NCBI GenBank assembly: GCA_963770875.1
Contig: CAVYRE010000006.1
Span: forward strand, 27,836 to 91,835
Length of the DNA stretch: 64,000 nt
Reading direction: 5' to 3'
Source of the DNA: an uncultured Chloroflexia bacterium
GTDB lineage: Bacteria > Chloroflexota > Limnocylindria > QHBO01
The notes under the pieces are model-generated. The model did not search any database and had not been told where the DNA came from. It saw nothing but the letters and a program-made list of their open reading frames with translations. Positions 33,375-43,335 of this stretch are shown here, in pieces; the stretch's first letter is position 1; each line of letters begins with the position of its first letter. The position numbers and the translations under genes were made by a program.

Positions 33375-36176
33375 ATGGTGATGAACCTCGTCGACGTAGT
33401 GCATCGAAGCCTGGCCGGATTCGCGGGAAAGGTCCGAGCGCGCCGGGGCGTGCCCGCTGCGTCAGAGACACGACCGTGGCCACGCTTCCGACGGCCAAGA
33501 CCGGATACGGTGATGGTCGCGCTGGCGCTCACAGCCGTGGGCGTGATGGAGACTTGGGTGTTCTTTGGCGGGGCACGCAGCAACACCGAGAACGCCGTTA
33601 CCGGCTTCGCACCGCCGCTGGTCGACCTCGTCGCGGCGGTGTTGGTCGCCAGAGCAGCCCGTTCGGCCACGGGGTGGCGGATTCGCATCGCCTGGGCGTT
33701 CATCGCCCTCGGCATGCTGGTCTACGCCGCAGGCGACGGTATGTGGGCCTGGGTCTCGATCGTCCAGCACGCGGACCCGTTCCCCTCGGCGGCGGACGTG
33801 GCATATGTCGCGTTCTATCCAATCGTCGCCGGCGGTCTGCTGCTCTTCCCCGCCCCCTCGCGCGCAAAGCGCGAGGCGATGCACCTGGCGATCGACTCGG
33901 CGATCGTCGTTGTCGGCGGAGGCATGGTCGTCTGGCACAGCCTGCTCCTGCCGGCGTTGACGGCAGCCGAACCGGACCCGATCACCACGGGCCTGGTCCT
34001 CGGATACCCGATCGGAGACCTCGTCCTGCTGTTCGCCGTGGCGACGATCGCACTTCGGCGCCCGATTGGGATCGCACCCCGAGCACTCGTTGCGCTCGTT
34101 GCTGGGCTGGGGCTCATGTTCGTGGCCGATATCGCCTACGGTGAGCTGACGCTGCTGGGCAGCGACCAGGCAGACTGGGTTGACCTCGTCTACCTCGCTT
34201 CGAGCCTGACCATCGCCGCCGCGGGCTACCTCCAGGCGAATGCCGTCGAGCTGCCGAGTGGCGAGGAGGGAGAGGAGGTGAGTCGCTGGCTCGTGGCGCT
34301 GCCCTACGCCGGCCTGGCCGCGGGTTTCGGCGTGATGCTCACCGCGGCGAATGGCACCGTCACTGGATCGGAGGCCACTCTGCTGGTCGGCGCGGTTGTC
34401 CTGACCATCCTCGTTCTCGTCCGCCAGGAGATCACCAATCGCGAGAACAGCGAGCTGCGGGCGGACCGAGTGCGGCGCGATAGCGAGGCGCACTATCGGT
34501 CGTTGGAGGGCCAGGCGACCGACGCCGTCCTGCTGGTGGATACGGACGGGGTGGTGGCCTATGCCTCGCCATCACTCGAACGGGTCCTCGGCCTCCAGAA
34601 CGCCGCCCTGCTCGGGACGCGCATCACCAGGCTCGCCCATGCCAATGACGCAACCGCGCTCGAGCAGCTGATCGCCGACACGGCCGCAGGGCGCCCGGTC
34701 GATCCACTGGAATGGTCCCTGTGGGGCGCAGATGGCGTGTGGCGGGAGGTTGAGACCATCTCCGCGAACCTGCTCGACGACCCGACGATCGGCAAGATCG
34801 CGCTCACGACTCGCGACGTCCGCGAACGGAAGGCGCTCACCCAGCAGCTCACACAGGCCGGGTTCCACGATCTCCTGACCGAACTCCCCAACCGTGCCCT
34901 CTTCATTAACCGGGTCGGTCAGGCAATGGTGGCTGCGCGTCGGACCGGGCAACCGATCGCGATCTTGAAACTTGACCTCGACGGGTTTACGCGTCTCAAC
35001 GACACGCTCGGCCACGGGATCGGCGACCTCGTCCTTCAAGCGACAGCCCGACGCCTTGTCGGGGCCATTCGCGAGGCGGACACCGCGGCACGAATCAGCG
35101 CTGACGAGTTCGGAGTGCTGTTCGAAGGTCCCAGCACGGTGGCCGATGCCCTCGAGGTCGCTGGCCGGATCCGCGACGCGCTCCACCAGCCGATGACGGT
35201 CGCCGGCGCGACCATCCACCCAACCGCCTGCATCGGCATCGCAAGCAGCGAGGAGGCTGGCGACACGACCGACCCAACGGTCCTCACCCGCAACGCGCAT
35301 GTCGCGCTGGCGGCCGCCTGCCTGCAGGGCGAAGACCGCGTGGTTGTCTTTGCCCCTTCGATGCACCAGGCGCTCGAAGACCGTTTTGTGCTGGAATCGG
35401 ATCTCCGCACCGCGATCGCCGATCACCAACTCGTCCTCTGTTACCAGCCGATTCTCGATCTCGCGACGAACGAGCTGGTCGGGGCCGAGGCGCTCGTCCG
35501 ATGGGACCACCCGACGCGTGGCCGGATCGACCCCGACGCCTTCATCCCTGTGGCCGAAGAGACCGGCTTGATTGGTGAGATCGGGAACTGGGTCCTTCAG
35601 ACCGCGTGCATCGAGGTCGCCGGCTGGGCGCGCCGCACGCCCCACCGCGTCCCGAGGGTGTCGGTCAACCTTGCGTCGTTACAGGTGGGCGATCCCAATC
35701 TGCCGTGGACCGTCCAGTCTGCGTTGGCCCAAGCTGGTGCCGCCCCGGGCTGGCTCACGCTGGAGCTGACCGAGCGCCAGCTCGTGCAAGACACCGCGGA
35801 GGTGCTCGCGCGCTTGCACACGATCCGCGCCCTCGGGGTCCAGATCTCGATCGACGACTTCGGAACCGGCTACTCGTCACTTGCATATCTTCAGCAGTTC
35901 CCGGTCAACACCATCAAGATCGATCGCTCGTTCGTCACCCCACTGGATGACCCCGACCAGGGCCCGGGGCTGGCGGCCGCCATTGTCGAGATCGGCCGCG
36001 CGCTCGCCATCGGGACGATTGCCGAGGGCATCGAGACTGAACGCCAGCGCGACCGCCTGCTGGCGATGGGCTGCGCGCTCGGCCAGGGCTACCTCCTGGG
36101 TCGACCCCTCGAGTCTGCGGGCATGCTCGAGCTGATTGCCGACCCGACCACCTCGAGGGTCGAGCACGCGGCCTGA
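33375..36176 (+). CDS. Membrane sensor protein: multi-TM N-terminal domain, PAS, degenerate GGDEF, EAL (probable c-di-GMP phosphodiesterase)
   Basis: 933 aa, intact. The GGDEF position reads SADEF (RISADEFGVLF). The EAL domain has EALVRW, DDFGTGYSSLAYL and EGIET motifs. Confidence 0.85.
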   Translation: MVMNLVDVVHRSLAGFAGKVRARRGVPAASETRPWPRFRRPRPDTVMVALALTAVGVMETWVFFGGARSNTENAVTGFAPPLVDLVAAVLVARAARSATGWRIRIAWAFIALGMLVYAAGDGMWAWVSIVQHADPFPSAADVAYVAFYPIVAGGLLLFPAPSRAKREAMHLAIDSAIVVVGGGMVVWHSLLLPALTAAEPDPITTGLVLGYPIGDLVLLFAVATIALRRPIGIAPRALVALVAGLGLMFVADIAYGELTLLGSDQADWVDLVYLASSLTIAAAGYLQANAVELPSGEEGEEVSRWLVALPYAGLAAGFGVMLTAANGTVTGSEATLLVGAVVLTILVLVRQEITNRENSELRADRVRRDSEAHYRSLEGQATDAVLLVDTDGVVAYASPSLERVLGLQNAALLGTRITRLAHANDATALEQLIADTAAGRPVDPLEWSLWGADGVWREVETISANLLDDPTIGKIALTTRDVRERKALTQQLTQAGFHDLLTELPNRALFINRVGQAMVAARRTGQPIAILKLDLDGFTRLNDTLGHGIGDLVLQATARRLVGAIREADTAARISADEFGVLFEGPSTVADALEVAGRIRDALHQPMTVAGATIHPTACIGIASSEEAGDTTDPTVLTRNAHVALAAACLQGEDRVVVFAPSMHQALEDRFVLESDLRTAIADHQLVLCYQPILDLATNELVGAEALVRWDHPTRGRIDPDAFIPVAEETGLIGEIGNWVLQTACIEVAGWARRTPHRVPRVSVNLASLQVGDPNLPWTVQSALAQAGAAPGWLTLELTERQLVQDTAEVLARLHTIRALGVQISIDDFGTGYSSLAYLQQFPVNTIKIDRSFVTPLDDPDQGPGLAAAIVEIGRALAIGTIAEGIETERQRDRLLAMGCALGQGYLLGRPLESAGMLELIADPTTSRVEHAA

Positions 36177-36213
36177 TCGGGTCTTCGGTCCCTCCCGGCC
36201 GCCGCCAGCTCGC

Positions 36214-37152
36214 CTAGAAGATCGCGATCGGGTTCCAGGGCGAGCCGGTGCCTCCCGGCAGGCGCAGCGGCAGCCCCACGACCATGAACTCGAACCGGCC
36301 CTCCTCCTCGCAGGCGCGCGCCAGGTCCTCGAACTGGAGGCTGTCGCTGGCGAGCATGCCCATCGACACGATCTGGAGCGGGTGGATCGGGTATGTCATC
36401 CCCTCGACCACGCTCGGGATCGCTTCGCCGTCGCCATCGGGCAGGAAGGCGGCGATGTGGCGCTCGTGCATCCACGGGATGGTGTCCACGTGGAGGCCGG
36501 CCTTGCCTTCGCCGGTGAGGCCGTTGTCCCAGGGTCCGAGCGCCAGGCGACGCGCGTGGTGACCGGTGCGGAAGACGAGGATGTCGCCCTCCCCCAGGTG
36601 CACCCCCTGGGCCTTCTCACAGGCCTCCAGCTCCTCCCGCCGCACCGCCTCGCCTGGCTCGAGCCACTTCACGCCGCGGAAGCGCGGGATATCGAGCAGG
36701 ACGCCGCGGCCCACCACGCCATTCCCATAGCTGGTGATGTCGAGCGAGGTGGCGCCCTGGCTTGTGAGCACCTCCTCGGCGGGGTGCCCGTTGTACGTCA
36801 GGCCCTTGTACGAGATGTGGCAGAGCGCGTCGATGTGGGTATGGCAGTCGCCATGGCAGGCCATCCCCATGAAGTCGAGCCCGAAGCGCAGGCCGCCCGA
36901 GCCGATGTCGATGTCGTGCCCCTGGCTCACGAAGTGGATGGCGGGGTTCGGGTTGTCGGGGCCGGCAACCGTGTTGATGGGTATCTCCATCGAGACGCGG
37001 CGGCCCGATCGGACGAGCCCAGCAGCCGCCTTCACGTGCTCGGGAGTGATGTAGTTCATCGTGCCGAGCTGGTCGTCGGGACCCCACTTGCCCCAGTTCT
37101 TCACCGACTCGAAGATCTGTTCGAACTCCGCGATGCTGACCTTGCCGGCCAT
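36214..37152 (-). CDS. Cyclase-family (kynurenine formamidase fold) metal-dependent hydrolase
   Basis: HGDCHTHIDALCH fits the HxxxHxDxxxH metal motif of PF04199-type proteins. The ATG at 37152 has GAGGAGG upstream; an alternative start lies at 37188. Confidence 0.7.
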   Translation of the reverse strand: MAGKVSIAEFEQIFESVKNWGKWGPDDQLGTMNYITPEHVKAAAGLVRSGRRVSMEIPINTVAGPDNPNPAIHFVSQGHDIDIGSGGLRFGLDFMGMACHGDCHTHIDALCHISYKGLTYNGHPAEEVLTSQGATSLDITSYGNGVVGRGVLLDIPRFRGVKWLEPGEAVRREELEACEKAQGVHLGEGDILVFRTGHHARRLALGPWDNGLTGEGKAGLHVDTIPWMHERHIAAFLPDGDGEAIPSVVEGMTYPIHPLQIVSMGMLASDSLQFEDLARACEEEGRFEFMVVGLPLRLPGGTGSPWNPIAIF

Positions 37153-37172
37153 CACGCCGTCCTCCTCACGCT

Positions 37173-38409
37173 TCAGACTTCCGGCCACTTCTCGAGCGCG
37201 GCCGACAGCTCAGGGTGTTCCTTCCTTGCCTCCGCGAGGGGCACCCCGCGGACGGCGGCATCGAATGCCTGACGGATGGAGCGGGCGCCCGCCGCGGTCC
37301 CGTCAGGATGGCCATGAACGCCACCGCCAGCCGCCACGGCGAAGTCGATCCCCAGGTCCGCGACGAGGCGCGGCACCATCCCGGCGTGCAGCCCGCCGCC
37401 GGCCACCGGGAGCGATCGCCGCATGCCGAACCACGGGTCGGTGAGCGCGTGGCCGACCTGCTGCGCATCGGCGCGCGAGAAGGGCAGCGTGCCGAGGTGG
37501 CTCGGGTAGATCTCCAGGTCGGCGCCAGCCAGGCGAGGCAGTGTCCCGAGCACGAGGTGCGGACTCATCCCCGACCACGGGGCGCCGGAGAGGGCGCCGG
37601 TGAAGGCGAGGTGGGCCATGATCGGCACACCGATCGCCGGGTCGTCGGCGAGCATCGACGAGCGCCGAGACGCCGACGGTCCAGGCATTCACCAGCAGGG
37701 CCGATGCCCCCGCCTCGACGGCGGCGTGCGCGTTGGCGAGCAGGCGGTCGGGCCGATCGGTGATGTTCACGAAGTAGAGCGTGCGATGGCCGGTCTCCTC
37801 GTAGGCGGCGGTCGCGGCCCGCGCGTGCAGCCGAACGCGGTCGAGGAAGTCGCTCCACGGCTGCGAGACGACCTTCTCGTCGTCCTTCACCGCGTCCGAG
37901 CCACCGATGGCCGACTCGTAGAAGATCGCGGCGCTCTCGCTCGGGGTGAGCCCGATCGCGGGCTTCAGGATCGTCACCAGCAAGGGCCGATCCGGGGCAT
38001 CGACCAGCTCGCGAATCCGATCGAGCCCAACGGCGGGGCCTTTGAAGGCGGAGACGAACGGCTCCGGCAGCGCCAGGTCGATCAGCTTGAGGTCGCGCCA
38101 CGAGGCGCACTCGCCGTACACCGTGGCGAGGAGGAGCGGGATCTGGTTGCTCGTGTTGTGGGTCGGATAAGCGATCTCCATCCCCCAGGCCGGCGCATCG
38201 AGATCGGCGATCTCCCAGGTCTTCAGGACCCGACCGGCGTGGCGGCGCCGGATCAGGTCGGTCTCACCCGCGAGGTCGACCCACGCGCCGCTCGACTGGA
38301 GCTCGGCCAGGCTGCGCGCGTAGCGCTCGACATCGGTCCCGGCGACGGCGCGGGCGCGGTAGGTGGCGACAACGAACTCATTGCCGTCGATCGCCTCGGC
38401 GTCGCCCAT
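37173..38409 (-). pseudogene. RuBisCO large-subunit-like protein (form IV RLP); one frame break near 37670
   Basis: LVTILKPAIGL, AIGGSDAVKDDEKV (KDDE carbamate/metal motif), PIMAHLAFTG, PVAGGGL and AAGGGVHGHPDG. The two pieces are ORFs 37303-38409 and 37173-37688. Confidence 0.85.
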
Positions 38410-39596
38410 CAGCGGCCGGCCTCGACGAGCTGAAGCAGCCCGCCGTGGAGCGGGCCGCGCGGCATGATCGGCCAGATGTCGACCACGCTGCCGTCCTCGA
38501 CGACGTGGTAGGCGTCGAAGTAGTTGACCGCGAAGGGCGTGTAGCCGAGGTGGAAGTCGACCACGTCACCGACCTTCAGGTCGCAGGTCGCATCGGCCTC
38601 GTAGGTGGCGTGCTCCTCGTCGAAGCGGTACGGCTTGAGGTCCTCGTGGCCGAAGATGCGGGGATGGGCCGCGATGCTGCCCACCTCCGCCGAGCCGAAG
38701 GTCTTCTTGCCGAGGTCGAGCACGACCCGGTCCCTGCGACGGCTGATCACCGTCACGACGGCGGTGGTCGCCTTCTTGAAGCGCGGCTCCATCAGGAAGT
38801 GGTAGTCGTCCATGGCGGCATACGAGCCGAGCTGGAGCTCGGTGATGCGCGGGTTGGCACCGGTCCAGAAGGCAGTGGCCGTGCCCGCGGCCGAGAGGAT
38901 CGGGCACGGCACCCCGTTCGCCTCGAGGTGGTCGGCCACGCCGACGAAGTACTCCATCGCCGCCGCCTGCTTCGCGTGGCGCAGCTCGTGGTCCATCTCC
39001 ATCGAGCAGTGGCCCTCGTAGCCGGAGAGGCCGTCCATCCGCAGTCCCGGCAGCGCCTGCACCGCCCGACCGACGGTCAGCGCCTCCTCCGGCGAGTCGA
39101 CACCGGCCCGATGCATGCCGGTGTCCACCTCGACCAGGATCCCCAGCGTCGTGCCGGCCGCCACCGCCGCCGCGGAGAGGGCCGCCACGTCGTCCACGTC
39201 GTCCACGTTCACGGTCACGTTCGCCTCGCGCGCCAGCAGCGCGGCGGCACGGCGCTTCACCGGGTTCACGAGCTGGTTGGCGATCAGCACCTCGTCGGCG
39301 CCGGCCCGCACCATCACGATCGCCTCCCAGACGGTCGCCGCGCAGAGGCCGAAGGCGCCGTGCTCGAGCTGCATGCGAGCGACGTGCGGGCTCTTGTGGT
39401 TCTTGACGTGGCCGCGCAGGCGGGCGTGGAGCTCGGGCAGGCGCGACTGCATGTACGCGAGGTTCGCCTCCAGGATGTCGCGGTCGATCACCAGCGCCGG
39501 AGTAACGAGCTCGTACTTGCTTCGACCGATCGCCGAGCCGTAGTAGCCACGCACGCGGTCGTGGGCCTCGGTGATGATCGGGTCGAGGTCGCGCAT
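38409..39596 (-). CDS. DSD1-family PLP enzyme (alanine-racemase N-domain plus D-Ser-dehydratase-like C-domain), paralog a
   Basis: TPALVIDRDILEANL, HVKNHKSPHVA (PLP Lys), GYEGH, RFDEEHATY. One-nt start/stop overlaps on both sides. Confidence 0.75.
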   Translation of the reverse strand: MRDLDPIITEAHDRVRGYYGSAIGRSKYELVTPALVIDRDILEANLAYMQSRLPELHARLRGHVKNHKSPHVARMQLEHGAFGLCAATVWEAIVMVRAGADEVLIANQLVNPVKRRAAALLAREANVTVNVDDVDDVAALSAAAVAAGTTLGILVEVDTGMHRAGVDSPEEALTVGRAVQALPGLRMDGLSGYEGHCSMEMDHELRHAKQAAAMEYFVGVADHLEANGVPCPILSAAGTATAFWTGANPRITELQLGSYAAMDDYHFLMEPRFKKATTAVVTVISRRRDRVVLDLGKKTFGSAEVGSIAAHPRIFGHEDLKPYRFDEEHATYEADATCDLKVGDVVDFHLGYTPFAVNYFDAYHVVEDGSVVDIWPIMPRGPLHGGLLQLVEAGR

Positions 39597-40759
39597 CAGT
39601 CCCCCCGCTCGAGCATGTCGAGCAGCCAGCGCGACTCCGGCCCGCGCGGCATCACCGGCCAGATGTCGACCACCTTGCCGTCCTCGAGGACGTGGTACGC
39701 CTCGAAGTAGCTGATCGCGAACGGGGTGTAGTTGCACAGGATCTCGACCTTGTCGCCGGTGGTGAGCGGCACGCTCGCGTCGGCGAGGAAGATCGAGTGC
39801 TCCTCGTCGAATCGGTACTTCTCGAGGTCCCAGCCCTTCAGCACGCCGTGCGAGGCGCCCACCGTCTTGCTGCCGGCATCGGTCACGATCCGGTCCGTCC
39901 GCCGGCTGATGACGGATGCCAGCACCGTCACTGCCCAGCCGAAGCGCGGGTCGAGGCCGCGATGATGCCCGTCCATGGTGGCGTAGGAGCCCGGCTGGAT
40001 CTCCGTCACGCCCGGGTAGCGGCTCGTCGTCTCCCAGGTCCCAGTGCCGGCCGCCGACACGATCTGGCACGGCAGCCCGGCGGCCGCCAGGTCGGCGGCG
40101 ATCCCGGTCAACTTGGCCATCGCCTCGCGCGCCATGGCGTGGCGCTTCGTCTCGTCGAACTCGAGCGAGCAGTGGCCCTCGTAGCCGGTGAGCCCCAGGA
40201 ACCGCAGCCCGGGGGACTCGGCGATGCGCTGGGCGAGCGGCAGCGCCTCGGCGGTGGTGGTCACGCCGCAGCGGTGCATCCCCTCGTCCACATCGATCAG
40301 CAGCCCGATCGTGGATCCGGCCTTCACCGCGGCGGCCGACAGCTCGTCGACCTGGGCCGCGTCGTCGACGGAGGCCTTGGCATCGGCCTCCCGCGCCAGG
40401 AGGGCGAGCGCGCGCGTCTTCTCCGGACCGACCACCTCGTTGATGACGAAGACGTCGCGGATCCCAGCGCGCGCCATCACGATCGCCTCCCAGACCGTCG
40501 CGCAGCCAACCCCGATCGCCCCATGCTCGACCTGCATCCGGGCGATGTGCGGGCTCTTGTGCACCTTGACGTGCGCCCGCAGCGTGGCCGGCGCGTCGCG
40601 CATGCCGTCCGCCATCAGGTCGAGGTTGGCGTGCAGCGTGGCCATGTCGAGGAGGAGGGCCGGCGTCGAGACCTCGTCCCGCGGGCGGCCCAGGGCGGAT
40701 CGGTACAGGGTGCGGACGCGCTCGTGCGCCTCGCTGATGAGCGGCGCCGGATCGTTCAT
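39596..40759 (-). CDS. DSD1-family PLP enzyme, paralog b
   Basis: TPALLLDMATLHANL, HVKVHKSPHIA, GYEGH, RFDEEHSIF. Clearly similar to paralog a along its full length (by eye). Confidence 0.75.
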   Translation of the reverse strand: MNDPAPLISEAHERVRTLYRSALGRPRDEVSTPALLLDMATLHANLDLMADGMRDAPATLRAHVKVHKSPHIARMQVEHGAIGVGCATVWEAIVMARAGIRDVFVINEVVGPEKTRALALLAREADAKASVDDAAQVDELSAAAVKAGSTIGLLIDVDEGMHRCGVTTTAEALPLAQRIAESPGLRFLGLTGYEGHCSLEFDETKRHAMAREAMAKLTGIAADLAAAGLPCQIVSAAGTGTWETTSRYPGVTEIQPGSYATMDGHHRGLDPRFGWAVTVLASVISRRTDRIVTDAGSKTVGASHGVLKGWDLEKYRFDEEHSIFLADASVPLTTGDKVEILCNYTPFAISYFEAYHVLEDGKVVDIWPVMPRGPESRWLLDMLERGD

Positions 40760-40788
40760 CGTCTGAGTCTGCTCCGCTTTCGGCGCCG

Positions 40789-41874
40789 CTACTGCGAGCT
40801 GCCGCGCGCCGAGATCGGCCAGCGGTCGACAAGCCGGCCGCCGCGGCTGAGCCACACCTCGTCGTGGAGGTTGAAGGTGGTTCGCACCTGGCCGGGCACC
40901 ATCTCGAGCCGGCTGCCGAGCGCCGGCAGCGGGTCGGCCATCGCGATCCGGGAGTGCTCGTCGCTGATCGCGATGTCGTCCGCGACGAAGCCGATGGGCA
41001 CCGGTGGACCGTATTCGATCCCGACCGCTCGGCGGCCGATGTCGAGCACGATGCGCCCCGGGTGGCGGCTGATCACGGTGCCGCGGATCGCCACCGCGCA
41101 GCGGAACGGGAGGCCGAGGTTGAGCAGCTCCGGCTCCATCAGCGCGTAGACCCCGGCCTGGATCTCGGTGATGGTCGGGTCGGCGAGTGCCTCGCGCAGC
41201 GTCGAGGTACCGGCGCCCGAGACCACCTCCACCGGGAGGCCAGCGCTGCGCAGCGCGGCCACCACCTCGGCCATCAGCGCATAGGCGCGGGCGATCTTGC
41301 CGGCCCGATCCTCGTCGCCGAGCCGGACGCGCCCCTCGTAACCCATGATCCCGCGCAGCCGCAGCCCGGGCGAACGAGCCACGAGGCCCGCCAACTCGCT
41401 CGCCTCCTCGGCCGACCCGACCCCGCAGCGGTGGAGCAGCACGTCGACGTCGATGAGGACCTCGACCGTGACTCCGATCCGTGAAGCTGCCTGCGAGAGC
41501 GCCGCGATCGGCTCGCGGTCGTCGACGGCGACCCCGATCCTCGCCCTCCGCGCGAGCGCGACGAGGCGCTCGATCTTGCCAGGCTCGACGACCTCGTTCG
41601 CGACCAGCACGTCGTCGATGCCGGCCTCGACCATCGCCTCGGCCTCGCCAACCGTGGCGCAGGTGACCCCGACGGCCGGCCCGCCGAGCTGACGCCGCGC
41701 GAGCTCCGGGGTGCGATGGGTCTTGACGTGCGGCCGGAGCGCTTTGCCGGTGCCGCGGAGCAGCTCAGCCATCGCGGCCACATTCGCCTCGAAGATGTCG
41801 AGGTCGACGACGAGCGCCGGGGTCGAGAAGGCGCTGGCCAGGTCAGGCTGCGGCGTGAGCGCGGCGGACGACAT
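40789..41874 (-). CDS. DSD1-family PLP enzyme, divergent paralog c
   Basis: TPALVVDLDIFEANV, HVKTHRTPELA, GYEGR, ISDEHSRI. Same architecture as a and b, but lower similarity. Confidence 0.7.
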   Translation of the reverse strand: MSSAALTPQPDLASAFSTPALVVDLDIFEANVAAMAELLRGTGKALRPHVKTHRTPELARRQLGGPAVGVTCATVGEAEAMVEAGIDDVLVANEVVEPGKIERLVALARRARIGVAVDDREPIAALSQAASRIGVTVEVLIDVDVLLHRCGVGSAEEASELAGLVARSPGLRLRGIMGYEGRVRLGDEDRAGKIARAYALMAEVVAALRSAGLPVEVVSGAGTSTLREALADPTITEIQAGVYALMEPELLNLGLPFRCAVAIRGTVISRHPGRIVLDIGRRAVGIEYGPPVPIGFVADDIAISDEHSRIAMADPLPALGSRLEMVPGQVRTTFNLHDEVWLSRGGRLVDRWPISARGSSQ

Positions 41875-41886
41875 GCGGCCCTCCCC

Positions 41887-43335
41887 TCAGCCGGCCGCCA
41901 GGCGCCGGCGCACGCCGTCGTAGGCGGCGCCGCGCTCGGCGTCGGGCTCGAAGCGGCGCGAGACGGTCACGAGCCGGGCGACCGCCGCGGAGACCGACTC
42001 GTAGACCCCCGCCCCGACGCCGGCCATGATCGCCGCCCCGAACGCGCCGGGCTCCTCCTGCGCGACAACCTCGATCGGCAGCGCGGTCAGGTCGGCCATC
42101 AGCTGCAGCCACCAGGCGTTCCGCGAGCCGCCGCCCGTCGCCCGGACCAGGTCCAGCTCGATCCCCCGCGCCATGAGCAGGTCGAGGCTGAGCGAGAACT
42201 CGCAGGCGATCCCCTCGAGCAGCGCCCGCAGGATGTCGACCGGGGTGGCCGCCAGGGTCATGCCCGCGAACGTCCCGCCGAAGCCGGGAGCGGCCGCCAC
42301 GTGCGGCAGCGGGGTGAAGCGCGCGTCGGCGAAGACGTGGCCCGGACCCGGCCCGGCGAGGGCCAAACCGGCCTCCAGCTCCGGGATGGACAGGTGCAGC
42401 AGCTCGCGCGCCCGGTCCACCACGCTCATCCCGTTCGGGTTGGTCACCAGAATCCCGAAGCCGGTCGGCCCGGGATGCGGGAAGACGTTCATCCCGTCAT
42501 GCACCAACTCCACGGGCCAGCCGGGGCGAACCGGGGTGTTGTAGGAGTGCCACGTCCCGCAGGCGAGCGAGACGACGCCGGGGTCAACCGCCGCGGACCC
42601 GACCGATGCCGCGTAGGTGTCGTAGGCGCCCGTCACGATCAGCGTCGCGGCAGGGAGCCCGAACCGCTCGGCCGCCTCCGGCAGGATCCGCCCGATCGGC
42701 GAGGCGTTGGGCTGGACCTCCGGCAGCCATTTCGGGTCGATCCCGGTCTCCGCGATGCGCTCCGCCGACCAGTTGCCGGTCGCCACGTCGTAGACGGCCC
42801 AGGTCCCCGCGTCGCTCCAGTCGACCACCGGGCGGCCGCTCAGGCGGAGGGCGTAGAACTCGTGCCAGTTCATGAACCAGCGCGTTCGAGCCGCGACCTC
42901 GGGAGAGGTGCTGCGCCACCAGAGGGCTCGATTGACCGGGTCCATCCGACGCGGTACGTGGCCGGTCAGGCGGAACCACTCCTCCTCCGAGCGACGCTCG
43001 CGGGTGACCGCAGCCACCTCGTCGCCGCGCGTATCGGAGGTCATCAGGCACCTGCCGAGGGGCGTCCCGTCCGCCGCCACCGGGAAGACCTCCCGACCCG
43101 ATGAGCTGAACGAGATGGCGACCGGCGGGTCGCCTTTCAGGGCAGGATCCGCGGCCACGGCCCCCAGTGCGTCGTCGAAGGCGGCCCGCGACTCGAGCAC
43201 GTCGACCTCGCTGTGGCCCGGCTCGGGGTGGTAGGAGGGAGCCGGACGACGCGCCTCGGCGAGCGCAGTCCCGTCGAGCGCGTAGGCCCCGACCTTGATC
43301 GCGGTCGACCCCAGGTCGATCCCGATGAGGCTCAT
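41887..43335 (-). CDS. FGGY-family carbohydrate kinase (xylulokinase-like)
   Basis: MSLIGIDLGSTAIKVGAY..., ATGGGSRNAWWLQLMADL, EPGAFGAAIMAG. Start ATG at 43335, internal to ORF 41887-43614. Confidence 0.8.
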   Translation of the reverse strand: MSLIGIDLGSTAIKVGAYALDGTALAEARRPAPSYHPEPGHSEVDVLESRAAFDDALGAVAADPALKGDPPVAISFSSSGREVFPVAADGTPLGRCLMTSDTRGDEVAAVTRERRSEEEWFRLTGHVPRRMDPVNRALWWRSTSPEVAARTRWFMNWHEFYALRLSGRPVVDWSDAGTWAVYDVATGNWSAERIAETGIDPKWLPEVQPNASPIGRILPEAAERFGLPAATLIVTGAYDTYAASVGSAAVDPGVVSLACGTWHSYNTPVRPGWPVELVHDGMNVFPHPGPTGFGILVTNPNGMSVVDRARELLHLSIPELEAGLALAGPGPGHVFADARFTPLPHVAAAPGFGGTFAGMTLAATPVDILRALLEGIACEFSLSLDLLMARGIELDLVRATGGGSRNAWWLQLMADLTALPIEVVAQEEPGAFGAAIMAGVGAGVYESVSAAVARLVTVSRRFEPDAERGAAYDGVRRRLAAG

